From IMG/VR virus record IMGVR_UViG_3300038393_001787, positions 1 to 42,780 of that record: DNA of 42,780 bases; one strand, 5' to 3'. Both the position numbers and the translations under genes were made by a program. Position 1 is the stretch's first letter; every line of letters begins with the position of its first letter. Below are positions 16,497 through 26,658 of the stretch, in pieces. The DNA comes from a virus (taxonomy: Duplodnaviria > Caudoviricetes). The notes under the pieces are model-generated. The model did no database searches and was not told where the DNA came from. It was given only the letters and a program-made list of their open reading frames with translations.

Positions 16497-19400
16497 AGAC
16501 AGTCCTTCATGGCTTTGATCGCCTTATCGTCGTCGTCGAGCTCTTTCAGAAGATCCTCGGCCGAGACCGGCTCGCCCTCATCCGACAGCCGGAAGCTCGG
16601 TTGATCGGCCGCGTCGAATAGCCCGAGGCCGCCGGTTCCGTGCGCGTCGATCGCGCCGGGCCGCATCGGCGAGGCGGTACGCAGCGCAACTTCCTGGCGA
16701 AGCCGATCGGCGATCGCCGGGTCGACCTGGTCGACGAGATCGAGCGCCGTCGCGGTCGCCTGGGCTTCCTCCGGCGTGAGCGTCGGCCGCGGATCTTCGG
16801 AGCCGCGGAACTTGACGCCGTTGTCGGTGAGCTCGAACCAGATCTCTTGTTCGCCGGTGCCACCCTGGAGGCGGGCTCCGCTTTTCCGGTAGGCGTGAAC
16901 GTAGGTCACTTCCGGATGCTCTTGGTGAACGAGCGCGAACAGCTTGCGCAATTCGATGGGGCCGAGCTTCACCGGGTTGTGCGTGTCCCCGATGTTGAAG
17001 CCTTCGATCAAATTCCCGTCGACCGTGTAGTTGCCGCCGACCACCGTCCCGTCGTCGGCGACGTAGCGGAAGCGGTGATACCCTGGCTCGTCGGGGAACG
17101 GCTCGACCGTGCGGAACTCGCCGGGCTTGGTGTGCTCGAGCTCGGCGGTCGCGGCCTGGATCCGCTCGCGCCTGGTGAGCGTGGTGCGCAGATCGTGCAC
17201 CAGGCTTTCGGCCTGGCTCTTGACCGCCGGGCCATCGGGATTGGAGAAACGTTCGGTAGCGTGCTCGAGCTCAATTAAGCTCGGCTGTTCCGGATCCCCA
17301 TGTTGCGCTGATAGTTGCGAACCTTCTTCGCCAGGGTCGCCGCCGCGTCCTGCTCCATCAGGTGCGAGACGACTTGCATCGTTGCTGGCAACCTCTCGGC
17401 TGACAGTGGCGAGATCGAGGCCGCGGACGTCGTTGACGAATCGATCGACGACGGATCCGAGCTTGTGTCCTCCGGCGAGATCGCGGGCGGCGCCATTGAG
17501 GGCATCGGCGACGGGGCCGCGGCTGAAGGCGAGCCTCGAGACGATATCGACCGCTTCGGCATTTGCCTGTGCCTCCTTGGCGCTTTGCTCTCGTGCAATC
17601 GACGAGCCTACCGCCTCGAGCGTATCAGCTTCGGCGGCGGCCGTCTTGTGCACCAACCCCAATCTGCGGAGCTTGGCAAGACCCTTCTCAAGCACCTTCG
17701 CGCGCTCGAGCATCAACGAGCTGACGAGCTCGCGGGCGCCAAACAGCTCGTTTTGGGTCTCGTGATGGAAGCCAGCGGCGATCCCCTGGCGCACGATGCT
17801 TTCGGCCTGGCCGCGGTTCGCCGGGTCGGTCTTGACCAGGAGATCGACCATTCCCTCGTGGGCTTCTGGCCGATCGGGCAGAAGGTGCCCGATGACCGCC
17901 GCGAAATCTGGCGGCAGCACGTCGTTATAGACCGCGCCGAACGCCGCATCGGATAGCCGCGCCAGGGCCGCACCGTCGCGCACCAGCGCCGACTTAGGCG
18001 GCAAATGCTCGAGCACATGCGCGCCGGCGTCGCGAATGACCTTTGCCGCGTCGACGGCGGTCCCGGTGCCTTCGGCGATGTTCTTGAGCGCCGCATAAAC
18101 CCGTGCGTCCTCGGAGCTGACCCCGTCGGCTTCGCGCAAGGTGATGGCGTCGACGCCGATCGGCGTGTGTCCCTGTTCCTCGAGGCGCTTCGCCAGGCCG
18201 ACCCGTTGATGGCCGTCGGCGACGAACACGCGGCCGCCCTGATCTTCCCAGGCGACGATCCGCCCCGCATACATCGGGTTCCACTCGTCGACGCCGCGCA
18301 GCCGATCGGTTACTCCCAGTGCATCGCCGCCGGCCTTGAACTGGAAGCGATCAGCGTCGACCAGGATATCGCTCGCCGGATAGCTACGGCCATACATTGG
18401 CGGGAGCCCGGCGACGGGCTCGGCCGAGCCGATCGCGCTTTGCTCGAGCTGCAAGCTTTCGGCGTTCAATTGCGCGACGAGCGGATCCTCGGTCGCCGCA
18501 TCGAGCGCGCCGGCCCCGCCTCGAGGCGCAACGGAGACGGTCGAACCGCCCATCTTGTCATGCGCCCAGGCAATGATCTCGCTTGCCGACTTGCCGCGGA
18601 AGTAAGGATTGCGGCGGAGCACGTCCTCAGACAGGATCCGCTCGATCGGCGTCGAGGGATCGGCCTTGAACACCTTCGGCCCGTCGCCGGCGCCGAGCAC
18701 GTGCATGGCGTAGAGATTGCCGGTGTTGACGCTCTCGCCCATCGCCGTGAGCTTCGCCGCATTGTCATGGGTGAGCGCGTCCATGAGGCGCTCCTGAATT
18801 TGGCCGTTGTCCTTCAGCTCGTGCGACGGGTGCGCGCCCGGATCCTGGCCGAAAACCCTGCGGTAATAATCGCGAAAGGTGCCGTCGGTGAAATTGTAGC
18901 GGCCGCGCGCGCTGCTCTTGGGATTTTGCGCGTGGTCGTTGCCGCCGCTTTCCTTGGTGCGCACGCGGTCCTTGAACGCCGCAATGGCGCCCGCCGTGTC
19001 GACCGGTGCCGTCGAGACTTGCGGCCGCCGGGCGGTGGACAAGGCCGCCGGCGGCCGCTCCGTTGCGGCTGCTGGCGTAGCCGCTCCGGTGCCTTCGCTC
19101 GCGGACACAGAAGGAAGATCCGCGAGCTCGGGTTTAGGGTCTTCGAGATCCTTGATTGCCTGGGCGAGGCTGGTTTCGTGCGAGACGTCGCCGGCGGGAC
19201 CGTGCTGGAACGGCGACGTGTCGCCGATATCGGCCGCGCGCTCGAGCACGTTGCCGGCGGCCGTCTCATCCGGCGTGAGCTTGCCCTGGTGCGCGTCGTG
19301 CGCAAATTCGGCGAGATCCCGGTTGGAAAGGTCCGAGAAGAACTCGCTCGCCGGCATGTTGCCGACCTTCATCCGGCTTGCCCATTTGGCTTGCGCCGCT

Positions 19401-20527
19401 TCGGGCAGAGCAGCGAAGATCTTGGCGACCGTCACATCGTAGCCGCGGCCCGCGGCGCCAGCGAGCGCCTTGCCGCCGGTGCCGGCAGCATGGAGGGCGC
19501 CGCCGAGCACGCCGCCGCCGGCGGCCGCGATTCCGACGTTGGTCGCCGCTTCGCCGAGGGTTAGGTGCTCGCCGAGCTCCTGGCGATTGCCGGCGACAAT
19601 CGGTTGCTGCGCGAGCTCGAGCACGCCTTGCGTCAACGCCTCGCGCGCCGCGATCTGGACCAGCGTTTTGCCGCCGCCGCCGATCGGCAAGGTGGCGAGG
19701 TTGAGCGGATCATGGAACGATTCGACCGCGCCGCCAGAGAGCTGCGCGAGCGCTCCGGACAGACCTTGAGAGCGGGAAACGGTCGCGGCCGCGCCGGCGC
19801 GCTTGGCCTTCTCCTGCTCGAGGAAATAGGTATGCAGCCCGTCGACCGTATCGGGCACGCCCTTGAGGAAATTCGGATCCTGCGCCCGGCGTTGCCGGAT
19901 CTGGTCGACGATGAGCCGCTCCTGGAGATCGCGCGAGGCGAGCCAGGTCGAGCCGATCGGGTTTTCGCCTTGCTGGGCGGCGGTTGCGAGATCCGACGGC
20001 TGCCCCATCGTTCCGACCTTGGCGGCGGTCGCGGGATCGGGCGAATAGAAGCGGGCCGGGTTTTCGCTGTCCCGAAGGTTGAGGGCCTTGACGATCGGCG
20101 CGTAACCGTCGCGGAGCATGATCTCGTCAAAATCGCTCCGATCGGAGCGCATCATCCGGCGTGCCGCCTCGAACGTCTGTCCGAATGTCGGCACGTCCTC
20201 GAGCGGCGCCATCGTCGGCCGCACGGGGGCAAGGTCGGGCTTTTGCTCGATCGTGTCGGCGAGCGTCCCGGTGCCGTGCAGATCGGGCGCGGCCGCGGGT
20301 GCGGGCCTGGGCTTGCCTGGCGCCGCCTGGCGCGAACCCGTGCCGATATCCGCCGGCGCCGGCGGCGCGGCCGCCTGATCGTGCTCGAGCGGATCGGGCG
20401 GCGCGAGCTGCACCGGCGAGAACTGGCCGACGGGCGCGCCAGCGGCCTTGGCCGCGGCATAAGCGGCCGCGGGATCTTGGCCGAGCTCATCGATCCGATC
20501 GGCCAGGCCGTAGTTGCGATCCGCCAC
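16493..20527 (-). CDS. Large multidomain internal virion protein with lysozyme-like and ParB-like domains
   Basis: KESGGN...SSARGRYNFTDGTF...NLYAMHVLGAG (transglycosylase-like); GRIVAW...VFVADGHQR (ParB/Srx-like); start probably GTG 20527 (TAGTG overlap), alternative 20557. Confidence 0.75.
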   Translation of the reverse strand: MADRNYGLADRIDELGQDPAAAYAAAKAAGAPVGQFSPVQLAPPDPLEHDQAAAPPAPADIGTGSRQAAPGKPRPAPAAAPDLHGTGTLADTIEQKPDLAPVRPTMAPLEDVPTFGQTFEAARRMMRSDRSDFDEIMLRDGYAPIVKALNLRDSENPARFYSPDPATAAKVGTMGQPSDLATAAQQGENPIGSTWLASRDLQERLIVDQIRQRRAQDPNFLKGVPDTVDGLHTYFLEQEKAKRAGAAATVSRSQGLSGALAQLSGGAVESFHDPLNLATLPIGGGGKTLVQIAAREALTQGVLELAQQPIVAGNRQELGEHLTLGEAATNVGIAAAGGGVLGGALHAAGTGGKALAGAAGRGYDVTVAKIFAALPEAAQAKWASRMKVGNMPASEFFSDLSNRDLAEFAHDAHQGKLTPDETAAGNVLERAADIGDTSPFQHGPAGDVSHETSLAQAIKDLEDPKPELADLPSVSASEGTGAATPAAATERPPAALSTARRPQVSTAPVDTAGAIAAFKDRVRTKESGGNDHAQNPKSSARGRYNFTDGTFRDYYRRVFGQDPGAHPSHELKDNGQIQERLMDALTHDNAAKLTAMGESVNTGNLYAMHVLGAGDGPKVFKADPSTPIERILSEDVLRRNPYFRGKSASEIIAWAHDKMGGSTVSVAPRGGAGALDAATEDPLVAQLNAESLQLEQSAIGSAEPVAGLPPMYGRSYPASDILVDADRFQFKAGGDALGVTDRLRGVDEWNPMYAGRIVAWEDQGGRVFVADGHQRVGLAKRLEEQGHTPIGVDAITLREADGVSSEDARVYAALKNIAEGTGTAVDAAKVIRDAGAHVLEHLPPKSALVRDGAALARLSDAAFGAVYNDVLPPDFAAVIGHLLPDRPEAHEGMVDLLVKTDPANRGQAESIVRQGIAAGFHHETQNELFGARELVSSLMLERAKVLEKGLAKLRRLGLVHKTAAAEADTLEAVGSSIAREQSAKEAQANAEAVDIVSRLAFSRGPVADALNGAARDLAGGHKLGSVVDRFVNDVRGLDLATVSREVASNDASRLAPDGAGRGGDPGEEGSQLSAQHGDPEQPSLIELEHATERFSNPDGPAVKSQAESLVHDLRTTLTRRERIQAATAELEHTKPGEFRTVEPFPDEPGYHRFRYVADDGTVVGGNYTVDGNLIEGFNIGDTHNPVKLGPIELRKLFALVHQEHPEVTYVHAYRKSGARLQGGTGEQEIWFELTDNGVKFRGSEDPRPTLTPEEAQATATALDLVDQVDPAIADRLRQEVALRTASPMRPGAIDAHGTGGLGLFDAADQPSFRLSDEGEPVSAEDLLKELDDDDKAIKAMKDCL

Positions 20528-22551
20528 TAGCGGAGGTTCCTGATATCGAACTGCCAAGGTCGGTTGTCCTTGGTGACCACATGGCCGCCGTCAGGTCCGG
20601 TTAGCCGGTACACGCCAGGGCTCACTGTCTCGAGGCGATATTCCGGCAGATGGCGGATCATCGATTCGCTCATCGCAACGCGCTTGCCATCGGGGAGCGA
20701 ATAGTAAGGCGCGGCGCCGGCGGCCTTGGTCCAATCGGCGGGACCGGCGCGACTCATACGCCGCTGGAAATCGTCGCGGCTCATATCCTGGGGAAGCCAG
20801 GCGTAGCTGCCGTACCATTTGACGAAGCCGCCGGTGGCGCTGCCCTGTCCTGGGCTCCCGAGCATCCCGCCGGCGCGCTGCACGGCCGAGCGGAATGCGT
20901 TGGCGAGCTCGTCGCCCGACGGGTTGGACTTGCCGAACTCGGCCGCGGTGCCGGCAGTGATGTTGCGCGCGGCATTGAGCACGGCGCCCTGCATGTCGAC
21001 CGGGATCCCGCTCTTGTACGTCTCGAAAATGTCGGTGAGTGCCTGGGCATCTGCCTGGCCCTGGCTCTGGTCGTTCGCGCCCAGGTGAACCGTCTTGTCC
21101 TTCAGCGCCTCGACGCCGCGCTTATAGATCTCCGCCACACGCGGATGCAGCCCGACCATGAGCTGAATATCCTTGTTCGTCGGGTCGATCTGCTTGACGA
21201 TCGCCGTCGCGATGTTGCCGCCGAACGTCTGCCGGAGCGCGGCCGTCGCGTCGAGCTGGCCCGCCGGCCCTTGCTTGATCCGATCGCTAAAAACCTTCTG
21301 CTCGTCGGGCGAGAGATAGGGCACGTTCTGCAAGCCCGAGGAGGCCGCGAAGGCGCGCGCCCAGGTGACCCGCTGCTGCACCGCCGAAGGGTCGGGATTG
21401 CTGAGATCGAGCGCCGGCGCCGGCGTGCCGGCTTTGGCCGCGGCCGCGAACGGATCGGAGTTGAACTGGCTGATCGCTCCGCCGGCAAGGTCCGACAGAT
21501 GCTTGAGACGGAGGCTTTCCGCCGGCGTCCGGTTGTCGCCCTTGGCCTGAAGATCGTTAATCTGGTTGTGCCATTGCGCCGGCGTCCAGGTGCGGGTTTC
21601 GCGGTTGACGTCGCGAAGATCGCGCCAGTTGGCGAGATCGATCACTTTACCCTCGAGGCCGTATTTTTTCGCGGCGGCCGTTGCCGCGTCGAACTCCGCG
21701 TCGGTCACATTGTAGTCGTTGAGCTCGGTAACCCTTTTGCCGATGACATCGATGCCCTCGGTCGTCAGCGCCTTGTCGTGCGAGAGCTGCGCGCGAGCTT
21801 CGGCTTCCTGGCGGCGGATCTCGACCTGGCCGCCGTTGCGCAGCGACTTGATATCTTCGGGCTCGAGGTAAGGCGAAATGAGCCCGCTATCGAGCGCGTG
21901 GAGGAGCGTTCGCGGATCCTTGTCCGCCATCGAATTGCCCCAGGCGACGGCGACCTTGCGCTGCTGCTCCTTGATGAGCTTGGCTTTTTGGTCGGCGTCG
22001 ATCCCCTGCATCGCGTCGACCGTTGTGTGGATGGTGTTGAGCGACGTCTCAAAGCCGACAGGATCGGGATTAGCCGCCTGGCCGTTGGCGAGCGTCGTTC
22101 CGGTGTCGTCGACGTTCTGCGCCATGTAATTGACGCGCTTCGCCGCTTCCCACCCATATTCACGGGTGACGATCTGATCCTTGAGCTGCGCGTAGTTTTG
22201 CTGGAATCGCGCGCGGATCCTGGGATCCTTGATGTTGCCGAGCGCCTGGGCGCTCTGTTCGTCGACCGCTTTCGCGATCGCGTCGGCGTGCCCGGCTGCG
22301 CCAGGCGCTGCATTGTTGCGCGCGTCGATCGCCGTCTGGTCGAGCTGCGTCGAGATCTGCGCGAGCTGCGTTCCGGCTTCGGCCGCTTGCTGGTCGCGCT
22401 CGAGCTCGCGATGCTGATGGATCGCACGATCGAGCGTGTCGCCGGCTTGCTCGAGGCCGCGGCCGACCGCGGCGCCGGCGTCCTCTGGACTTGCACCGGA
22501 GAAGGTTGGAGTGCCGCCCGGCGCGAGCTGCGACTGATAAGGGCCGGCCAC
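20527..22551 (-). CDS. Internal virion protein (674 aa)
   Basis: Ala/Gln-rich helical protein in the ejection-protein block. Confidence 0.7.
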   Translation of the reverse strand: MAGPYQSQLAPGGTPTFSGASPEDAGAAVGRGLEQAGDTLDRAIHQHRELERDQQAAEAGTQLAQISTQLDQTAIDARNNAAPGAAGHADAIAKAVDEQSAQALGNIKDPRIRARFQQNYAQLKDQIVTREYGWEAAKRVNYMAQNVDDTGTTLANGQAANPDPVGFETSLNTIHTTVDAMQGIDADQKAKLIKEQQRKVAVAWGNSMADKDPRTLLHALDSGLISPYLEPEDIKSLRNGGQVEIRRQEAEARAQLSHDKALTTEGIDVIGKRVTELNDYNVTDAEFDAATAAAKKYGLEGKVIDLANWRDLRDVNRETRTWTPAQWHNQINDLQAKGDNRTPAESLRLKHLSDLAGGAISQFNSDPFAAAAKAGTPAPALDLSNPDPSAVQQRVTWARAFAASSGLQNVPYLSPDEQKVFSDRIKQGPAGQLDATAALRQTFGGNIATAIVKQIDPTNKDIQLMVGLHPRVAEIYKRGVEALKDKTVHLGANDQSQGQADAQALTDIFETYKSGIPVDMQGAVLNAARNITAGTAAEFGKSNPSGDELANAFRSAVQRAGGMLGSPGQGSATGGFVKWYGSYAWLPQDMSRDDFQRRMSRAGPADWTKAAGAAPYYSLPDGKRVAMSESMIRHLPEYRLETVSPGVYRLTGPDGGHVVTKDNRPWQFDIRNLR

Positions 22552-23090
22552 TAGTAGAGCATTCCCGGCAAGCTGCCGAAGGAGTTGCCGACCGGGAGCG
22601 AGCTCGGCGCCGGCGCGTTGATGTTGACCGCCCAGGGCGAGCTAAGGTTCGGCGGCGCAATCGACGCTCCGCCTCCGCCGGAAGGAACGCCCCCGAACGC
22701 GCCGGCAACCTCGCTGGCGATCTCGGCCGCGCCGGAAAGGATCCCGCCGGCCATCGCCGACTTGCCTTGCGCGTAGGCGAGATCCCCTTGCTGTTTGTAG
22801 CCAGCGGCGGCCATGCTCGCCCGCCGCCGCGATACCGCGAAATCGAGCTCGCGGCTGATCGCGCTTTCCTTCAGCGCGTCGAGCGCCGAGCCGGTGCCGG
22901 AGGCAAAGCCGCTGCCGCCCTGGTCGACGAGCTGCTGGCCCATCGCCTGACGCGCCGCGAACCGGATCCGATCGCGTTCGGCGACCCCATCGTTGAGCGC
23001 GTTCTGCGAATTGGTCGCCATGACCTTGCGCGTGTATTTCCCGGCGTCGAACGCCGAGATCCCCTGCGCGAACATTCCGACCGCCTTCAT
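22551..23090 (-). CDS. Small internal virion protein (positional analogue of T7 gp14)
   Basis: Gly/Ala-rich, GSGFASGTGSALD motif; follows the GNAT-like gene. Confidence 0.65.
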   Translation of the reverse strand: MKAVGMFAQGISAFDAGKYTRKVMATNSQNALNDGVAERDRIRFAARQAMGQQLVDQGGSGFASGTGSALDALKESAISRELDFAVSRRRASMAAAGYKQQGDLAYAQGKSAMAGGILSGAAEIASEVAGAFGGVPSGGGGASIAPPNLSSPWAVNINAPAPSSLPVGNSFGSLPGMLY

Positions 23091-23647
23091 TTCACCCTCT
23101 CAAACAGAATGTGATCGCTGCCATCAGGACCGTACCCTCTTAGCGTGTGCACCGGCTCGAGCCCGACGAGCCGCGCCCAATCGATCGCCCGCAAGTTGGC
23201 GGCTTCGACAATCGCCTCGAGACGGCGGAACCTGGTGTTTTCGATCTGCCAGCGGGCGAAGCGCGAGATCGCCAGGTGATCGGCGCCGAGCGCGGAGGAG
23301 AGCGACGCCCATACGACGGCGTGCCCTGGGAACAGCTCGCGGAATCCGGCGATCGTGACGATCCTCGAGCCGCGGTGAGCGGTCCATGCGTCGCCATTGT
23401 CGGCGAGCTCGGCGCCTTCCTCGAGCGTATAGGCCGAGTGATAGCGGCCGAGCTCGAAATGCTGTTGCGGCTGAAGCTCGAGCAGCACCGCATCGCCGGC
23501 GAGCATCGGACGGAATTGTAACGGCGGCTCCGCGGCCGATTTTCTGGCCGCTGGCGCGCTCGAGGCGGCTTCCAGGTGGGAAAGAACCTCGACGAGCGAA
23601 ACCGTCTGAGCTGGCCGAAAATCGGCCTTGGCGTCGATTTCGTTCAT
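23087..23647 (-). CDS. GNAT-fold protein in the virion module
   Basis: FRRLEAIVEAANLRAIDWARLVGLEP...LRGYG pattern; usual position after tail tubular B. Confidence 0.65.
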   Translation of the reverse strand: MNEIDAKADFRPAQTVSLVEVLSHLEAASSAPAARKSAAEPPLQFRPMLAGDAVLLELQPQQHFELGRYHSAYTLEEGAELADNGDAWTAHRGSRIVTIAGFRELFPGHAVVWASLSSALGADHLAISRFARWQIENTRFRRLEAIVEAANLRAIDWARLVGLEPVHTLRGYGPDGSDHILFERVK

Positions 23648-25902
23648 TGCGGCATTTCCTCGATCTCATACGTCGGCACGAGGAGCGAGATGATCGACGG
23701 GAGCGCATCGTCGCTGACGATCGTTGGCGCGTCGCTGAAATCCGAGCCGCTGCCGACGGCCACCGCCTTGGTGTCCCCGTTGAACAGCGGCGGCGGCGTG
23801 TCCGTCGCCAGGCTGTTGGCCCGATCGAACATGCGCTCTTTGGTGCCGTTGCGGTTGAAGATGATCGGCGACGCCGAATCGATCAGGCGGGCGAACAGGC
23901 GCAGCACGCGCTTGCGCAGCCCCTGAAGCGTCGGCGTCCCTCGCGCTTCGGCGCGGAGCAGCTCGAGGCGCGCCGCATAGCCGAGCCCGATGTGCACTTT
24001 CAGGGCCGGCTTGGGGAGCGTGATCGCGCCGTCGACGACGGTAAGCGTGTTGTGCTCGACACCGTCGGCGAGCACCCGCACCGCCTTGCCGTTGAGGTGC
24101 GACAGGCCGCTCGTGAACTCCTGCTTGAGTACGTCCGCGCCGCCGACGCCGGCGCCGGTCCCGTCATAAGACACGCCCCAATCGACAAAGAAAGCATCGT
24201 CCTGGGCGAGCCCGGCGTCCTCATCCCAAAAGTCGCCGAGCTTCAGCACGGCCTTGGCGCCGTCGAGCTCGGCGAGGATCCACAGATCATCACTGTTGCC
24301 GTCGTCGCTGGTAATCGACACGCCGGCGAGCGCCGTCCCTTGCGCGAGCTGGTGCCTAGAGAAACCCTTGATCGCTTGCTCCGGGTTGTGGGGATGCGCG
24401 ACGATCGTCCCGTCGTTGCGGCCGCTCCAGAGAAGCTCCTCGGGCTCTTGCTGCCAGGCCAGCCACTTGAGCCCGCTGCGCGTGATGTGGCGGGCATAGA
24501 CGGCAATGTTGGTGCCGACGAACCGACCCGCGTCATAGGAAAACGCCGCCTCGCGGATCTTGCGCGCGCCGCGCTGCACGAACAGGACCGCCGTCCCGAT
24601 GATCGACGGCCATACGTCGGACGATCCATAGGATGATTGAGGCTGCGCCTTGAGGTTGGTCCCGGAAATGCCGGCGTTGGCGTTGACCTGGCCGACAACG
24701 ATCTCCTCGCTGTGCGATCCGAGCAGGAGATATTCCTTGTCGGCGTGCAACCAGGTTGGCGGATCCGAGATCGCTAGATCGAGCCGGAACGCCATATCGG
24801 GCGCGAAGTCGCCGGCGTCGTCGATCGGGCTCATGTTCCAGTAATCGGCGACAACCGAGCCGATCAGTTGGGTGCCCTTGATGAAGATCAGGCGGCCGCC
24901 CCAAATGCTGACGAGCTGCGGATAGCCCTCGACGTCGGAGAAGCAACCGTGCGCCCAAAGGTGCGTCGCGGCCGCCAGCGTCGGAAGCGCGCGAGTGACC
25001 TTGAGGGTCGCCGACGTGGTGCTGGCAACCGCCGTGATCGTGCCGATCCCGTACCGGTCGAACCGGTAGCGCCAGAGTGCGCCCGTCGTGTCGGTTGTGC
25101 TGGCCGTCTGCGCGCCGGAGCCGTCCCATTCGTCGCCGGTCGTGTGCGTCGGCTCGACCGAGCCGGTAAGCGTGTGACCGCCCTTGTCGACCAGCTCGTA
25201 AACCTTGCCGTCTGACTTGCGCAGATCGCCGATCGCCAGCGAGGAGAGCTTGATGTTGGGCTCCCACGCCTTGATCGAGGAGAAGCTCTCGACCTCGAAG
25301 ATGAAGGGCGCGCCGACATGGCCCTCCTGGAAGATCCCCGTGGTCGCGGTGAGCGTCACCGAATCGCCGATCGCGCCGGCGGCGCCGGCCCAGGAGACCG
25401 TCTGCGTCTTGTCGCTGTTGAAATCCTTGAACGGCCCACTCTTGAGCGGGATCGGCGCATAGCTGAAGGTTTCGGCGTCGGTCCTGGTGAGCATCGCCGG
25501 CGGGTAGGCAGAATGCGCGAGATAGAGCCGGTCAAAGCTCTGCTTGCTCGAGACCCGCGGCGCCTCATTGGCGCGATAGGGAACCGTGAGCTCGTACGGC
25601 GCGCCGCTGAAATCGATGCGGCCGCCATTGGTGAAAAAGCGAAGCGTCTTGTCGCCCCACTCAATCACATAGGCTTGCGTCGTGTTGTAAACGAACCGCG
25701 ATAGCCAGGTCGACGTGAACATGGCCTCCTTGATGTAGCGGAAGCCAGGCCGCTTGGTGGCCGGCCCCTCGACCGTCGCCACATAGTTGAGCATCGTCTT
25801 GACGGCGCGATCATAGATCCCGTCAAGATCCGATCGGCCTTCCATCCGGCGCGAGATCTCGCCGCCGTTGAAGGCATAGATCGGCGTGCGCACCTTGGCC
25901 AT
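23644..25902 (-). CDS. Tail tubular protein B (nozzle)
   Basis: AFNGGEIS..M.GR.D..Y, G.A.KRPG, GYP......GRL, FVQRGARKIRE; 752 aa, beta-rich. Confidence 0.88.
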   Translation of the reverse strand: MAKVRTPIYAFNGGEISRRMEGRSDLDGIYDRAVKTMLNYVATVEGPATKRPGFRYIKEAMFTSTWLSRFVYNTTQAYVIEWGDKTLRFFTNGGRIDFSGAPYELTVPYRANEAPRVSSKQSFDRLYLAHSAYPPAMLTRTDAETFSYAPIPLKSGPFKDFNSDKTQTVSWAGAAGAIGDSVTLTATTGIFQEGHVGAPFIFEVESFSSIKAWEPNIKLSSLAIGDLRKSDGKVYELVDKGGHTLTGSVEPTHTTGDEWDGSGAQTASTTDTTGALWRYRFDRYGIGTITAVASTTSATLKVTRALPTLAAATHLWAHGCFSDVEGYPQLVSIWGGRLIFIKGTQLIGSVVADYWNMSPIDDAGDFAPDMAFRLDLAISDPPTWLHADKEYLLLGSHSEEIVVGQVNANAGISGTNLKAQPQSSYGSSDVWPSIIGTAVLFVQRGARKIREAAFSYDAGRFVGTNIAVYARHITRSGLKWLAWQQEPEELLWSGRNDGTIVAHPHNPEQAIKGFSRHQLAQGTALAGVSITSDDGNSDDLWILAELDGAKAVLKLGDFWDEDAGLAQDDAFFVDWGVSYDGTGAGVGGADVLKQEFTSGLSHLNGKAVRVLADGVEHNTLTVVDGAITLPKPALKVHIGLGYAARLELLRAEARGTPTLQGLRKRVLRLFARLIDSASPIIFNRNGTKERMFDRANSLATDTPPPLFNGDTKAVAVGSGSDFSDAPTIVSDDALPSIISLLVPTYEIEEMPQ

Positions 25903-26538
25903 TTAGACGCCCGGCGCCCGATCGACGCCGCTCTGCCGAGCCCGCGTCCAAGGTGTCATGGCCTGGCGCTTCGGCGCCTTGGTTCGCGCATTGGTCCGCT
26001 TCGCGATCCGTAGCGCGCCGGTGTAACCGTTGAGCGCGCGATCCTTGCGCGCCTTGTCGGCGCCCATTTCGTCGGAGATCTGCCAGGCCAGGTAGAAGGA
26101 AAACGCGCGATCATATGACGGCGGCCAGCGTGCCGGATCAGCGATCGCGGCCGTGTCGCGGACATAGCGGATCGTGATCGGGCCGGGATCGTCGACCAGG
26201 ATCTCCGAACCGCTCGGGCCGGCTTCGATCGAATAGAGATCTTCGTCGTCGTCGAGCTCGGGATCGACGATCTCGATAAAACTCACCAGGTCCGCCGGCA
26301 GCGGAAAGGCGGTGCGGCCGAGCGCGATCGGGAACTCCGGATCCGCTGGCCTCGAGCTCAGCGCGACGGTGCGGACTGCAAAGCTCCAGTGAGCCTCCGA
26401 AAGAACGAAGAGGCGGACCCCTTCCCAGGCGGCCTTGACCGCCCTGGCGCCCTTGCTGTCCTCATCCGGGCTCGCGATGCGATCGCTTTCGCCCAGGTGC
26501 TGAAGTGCCATGTTGGCGAGCGGAACGTAGGTGAGCAT
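25903..26538 (-). CDS. Tail tubular protein A (adaptor)
   Basis: LANMALQHLGE..I.S...HWSFA...LPAD pattern. Confidence 0.85.
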   Translation of the reverse strand: MLTYVPLANMALQHLGESDRIASPDEDSKGARAVKAAWEGVRLFVLSEAHWSFAVRTVALSSRPADPEFPIALGRTAFPLPADLVSFIEIVDPELDDDEDLYSIEAGPSGSEILVDDPGPITIRYVRDTAAIADPARWPPSYDRAFSFYLAWQISDEMGADKARKDRALNGYTGALRIAKRTNARTKAPKRQAMTPWTRARQSGVDRAPGV

Positions 26539-26559
26539 CGCCGGTCATTCCCCCCCAGG

Positions 26560-26616
26560 AAAAAAACGAGCCGGCCCCGTCCAACAGGAGAGAGAGGAGA
26601 GGTTGAGGCCGGCTCG
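26560..26616 (-). terminator. Intrinsic terminator after the capsid genes, with CU-rich loop
   Basis: - strand CGAGCCGGCCTC...GGGGCCGGCTCG followed by T7. Confidence 0.8.
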
Positions 26617-26658
26617 CCTCATCGAGCCGACGGTTGGCGCCCGCCGGCTCGAGATCGA

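Noticed and set aside
920-18625. Other GGAGCAC occurrences (about 925, 3600, 12049, 18616)
   Set aside because: Inside or antisense to coding regions, with no nearby start and no extended complementarity; a few chance hits are expected for a 7-mer.
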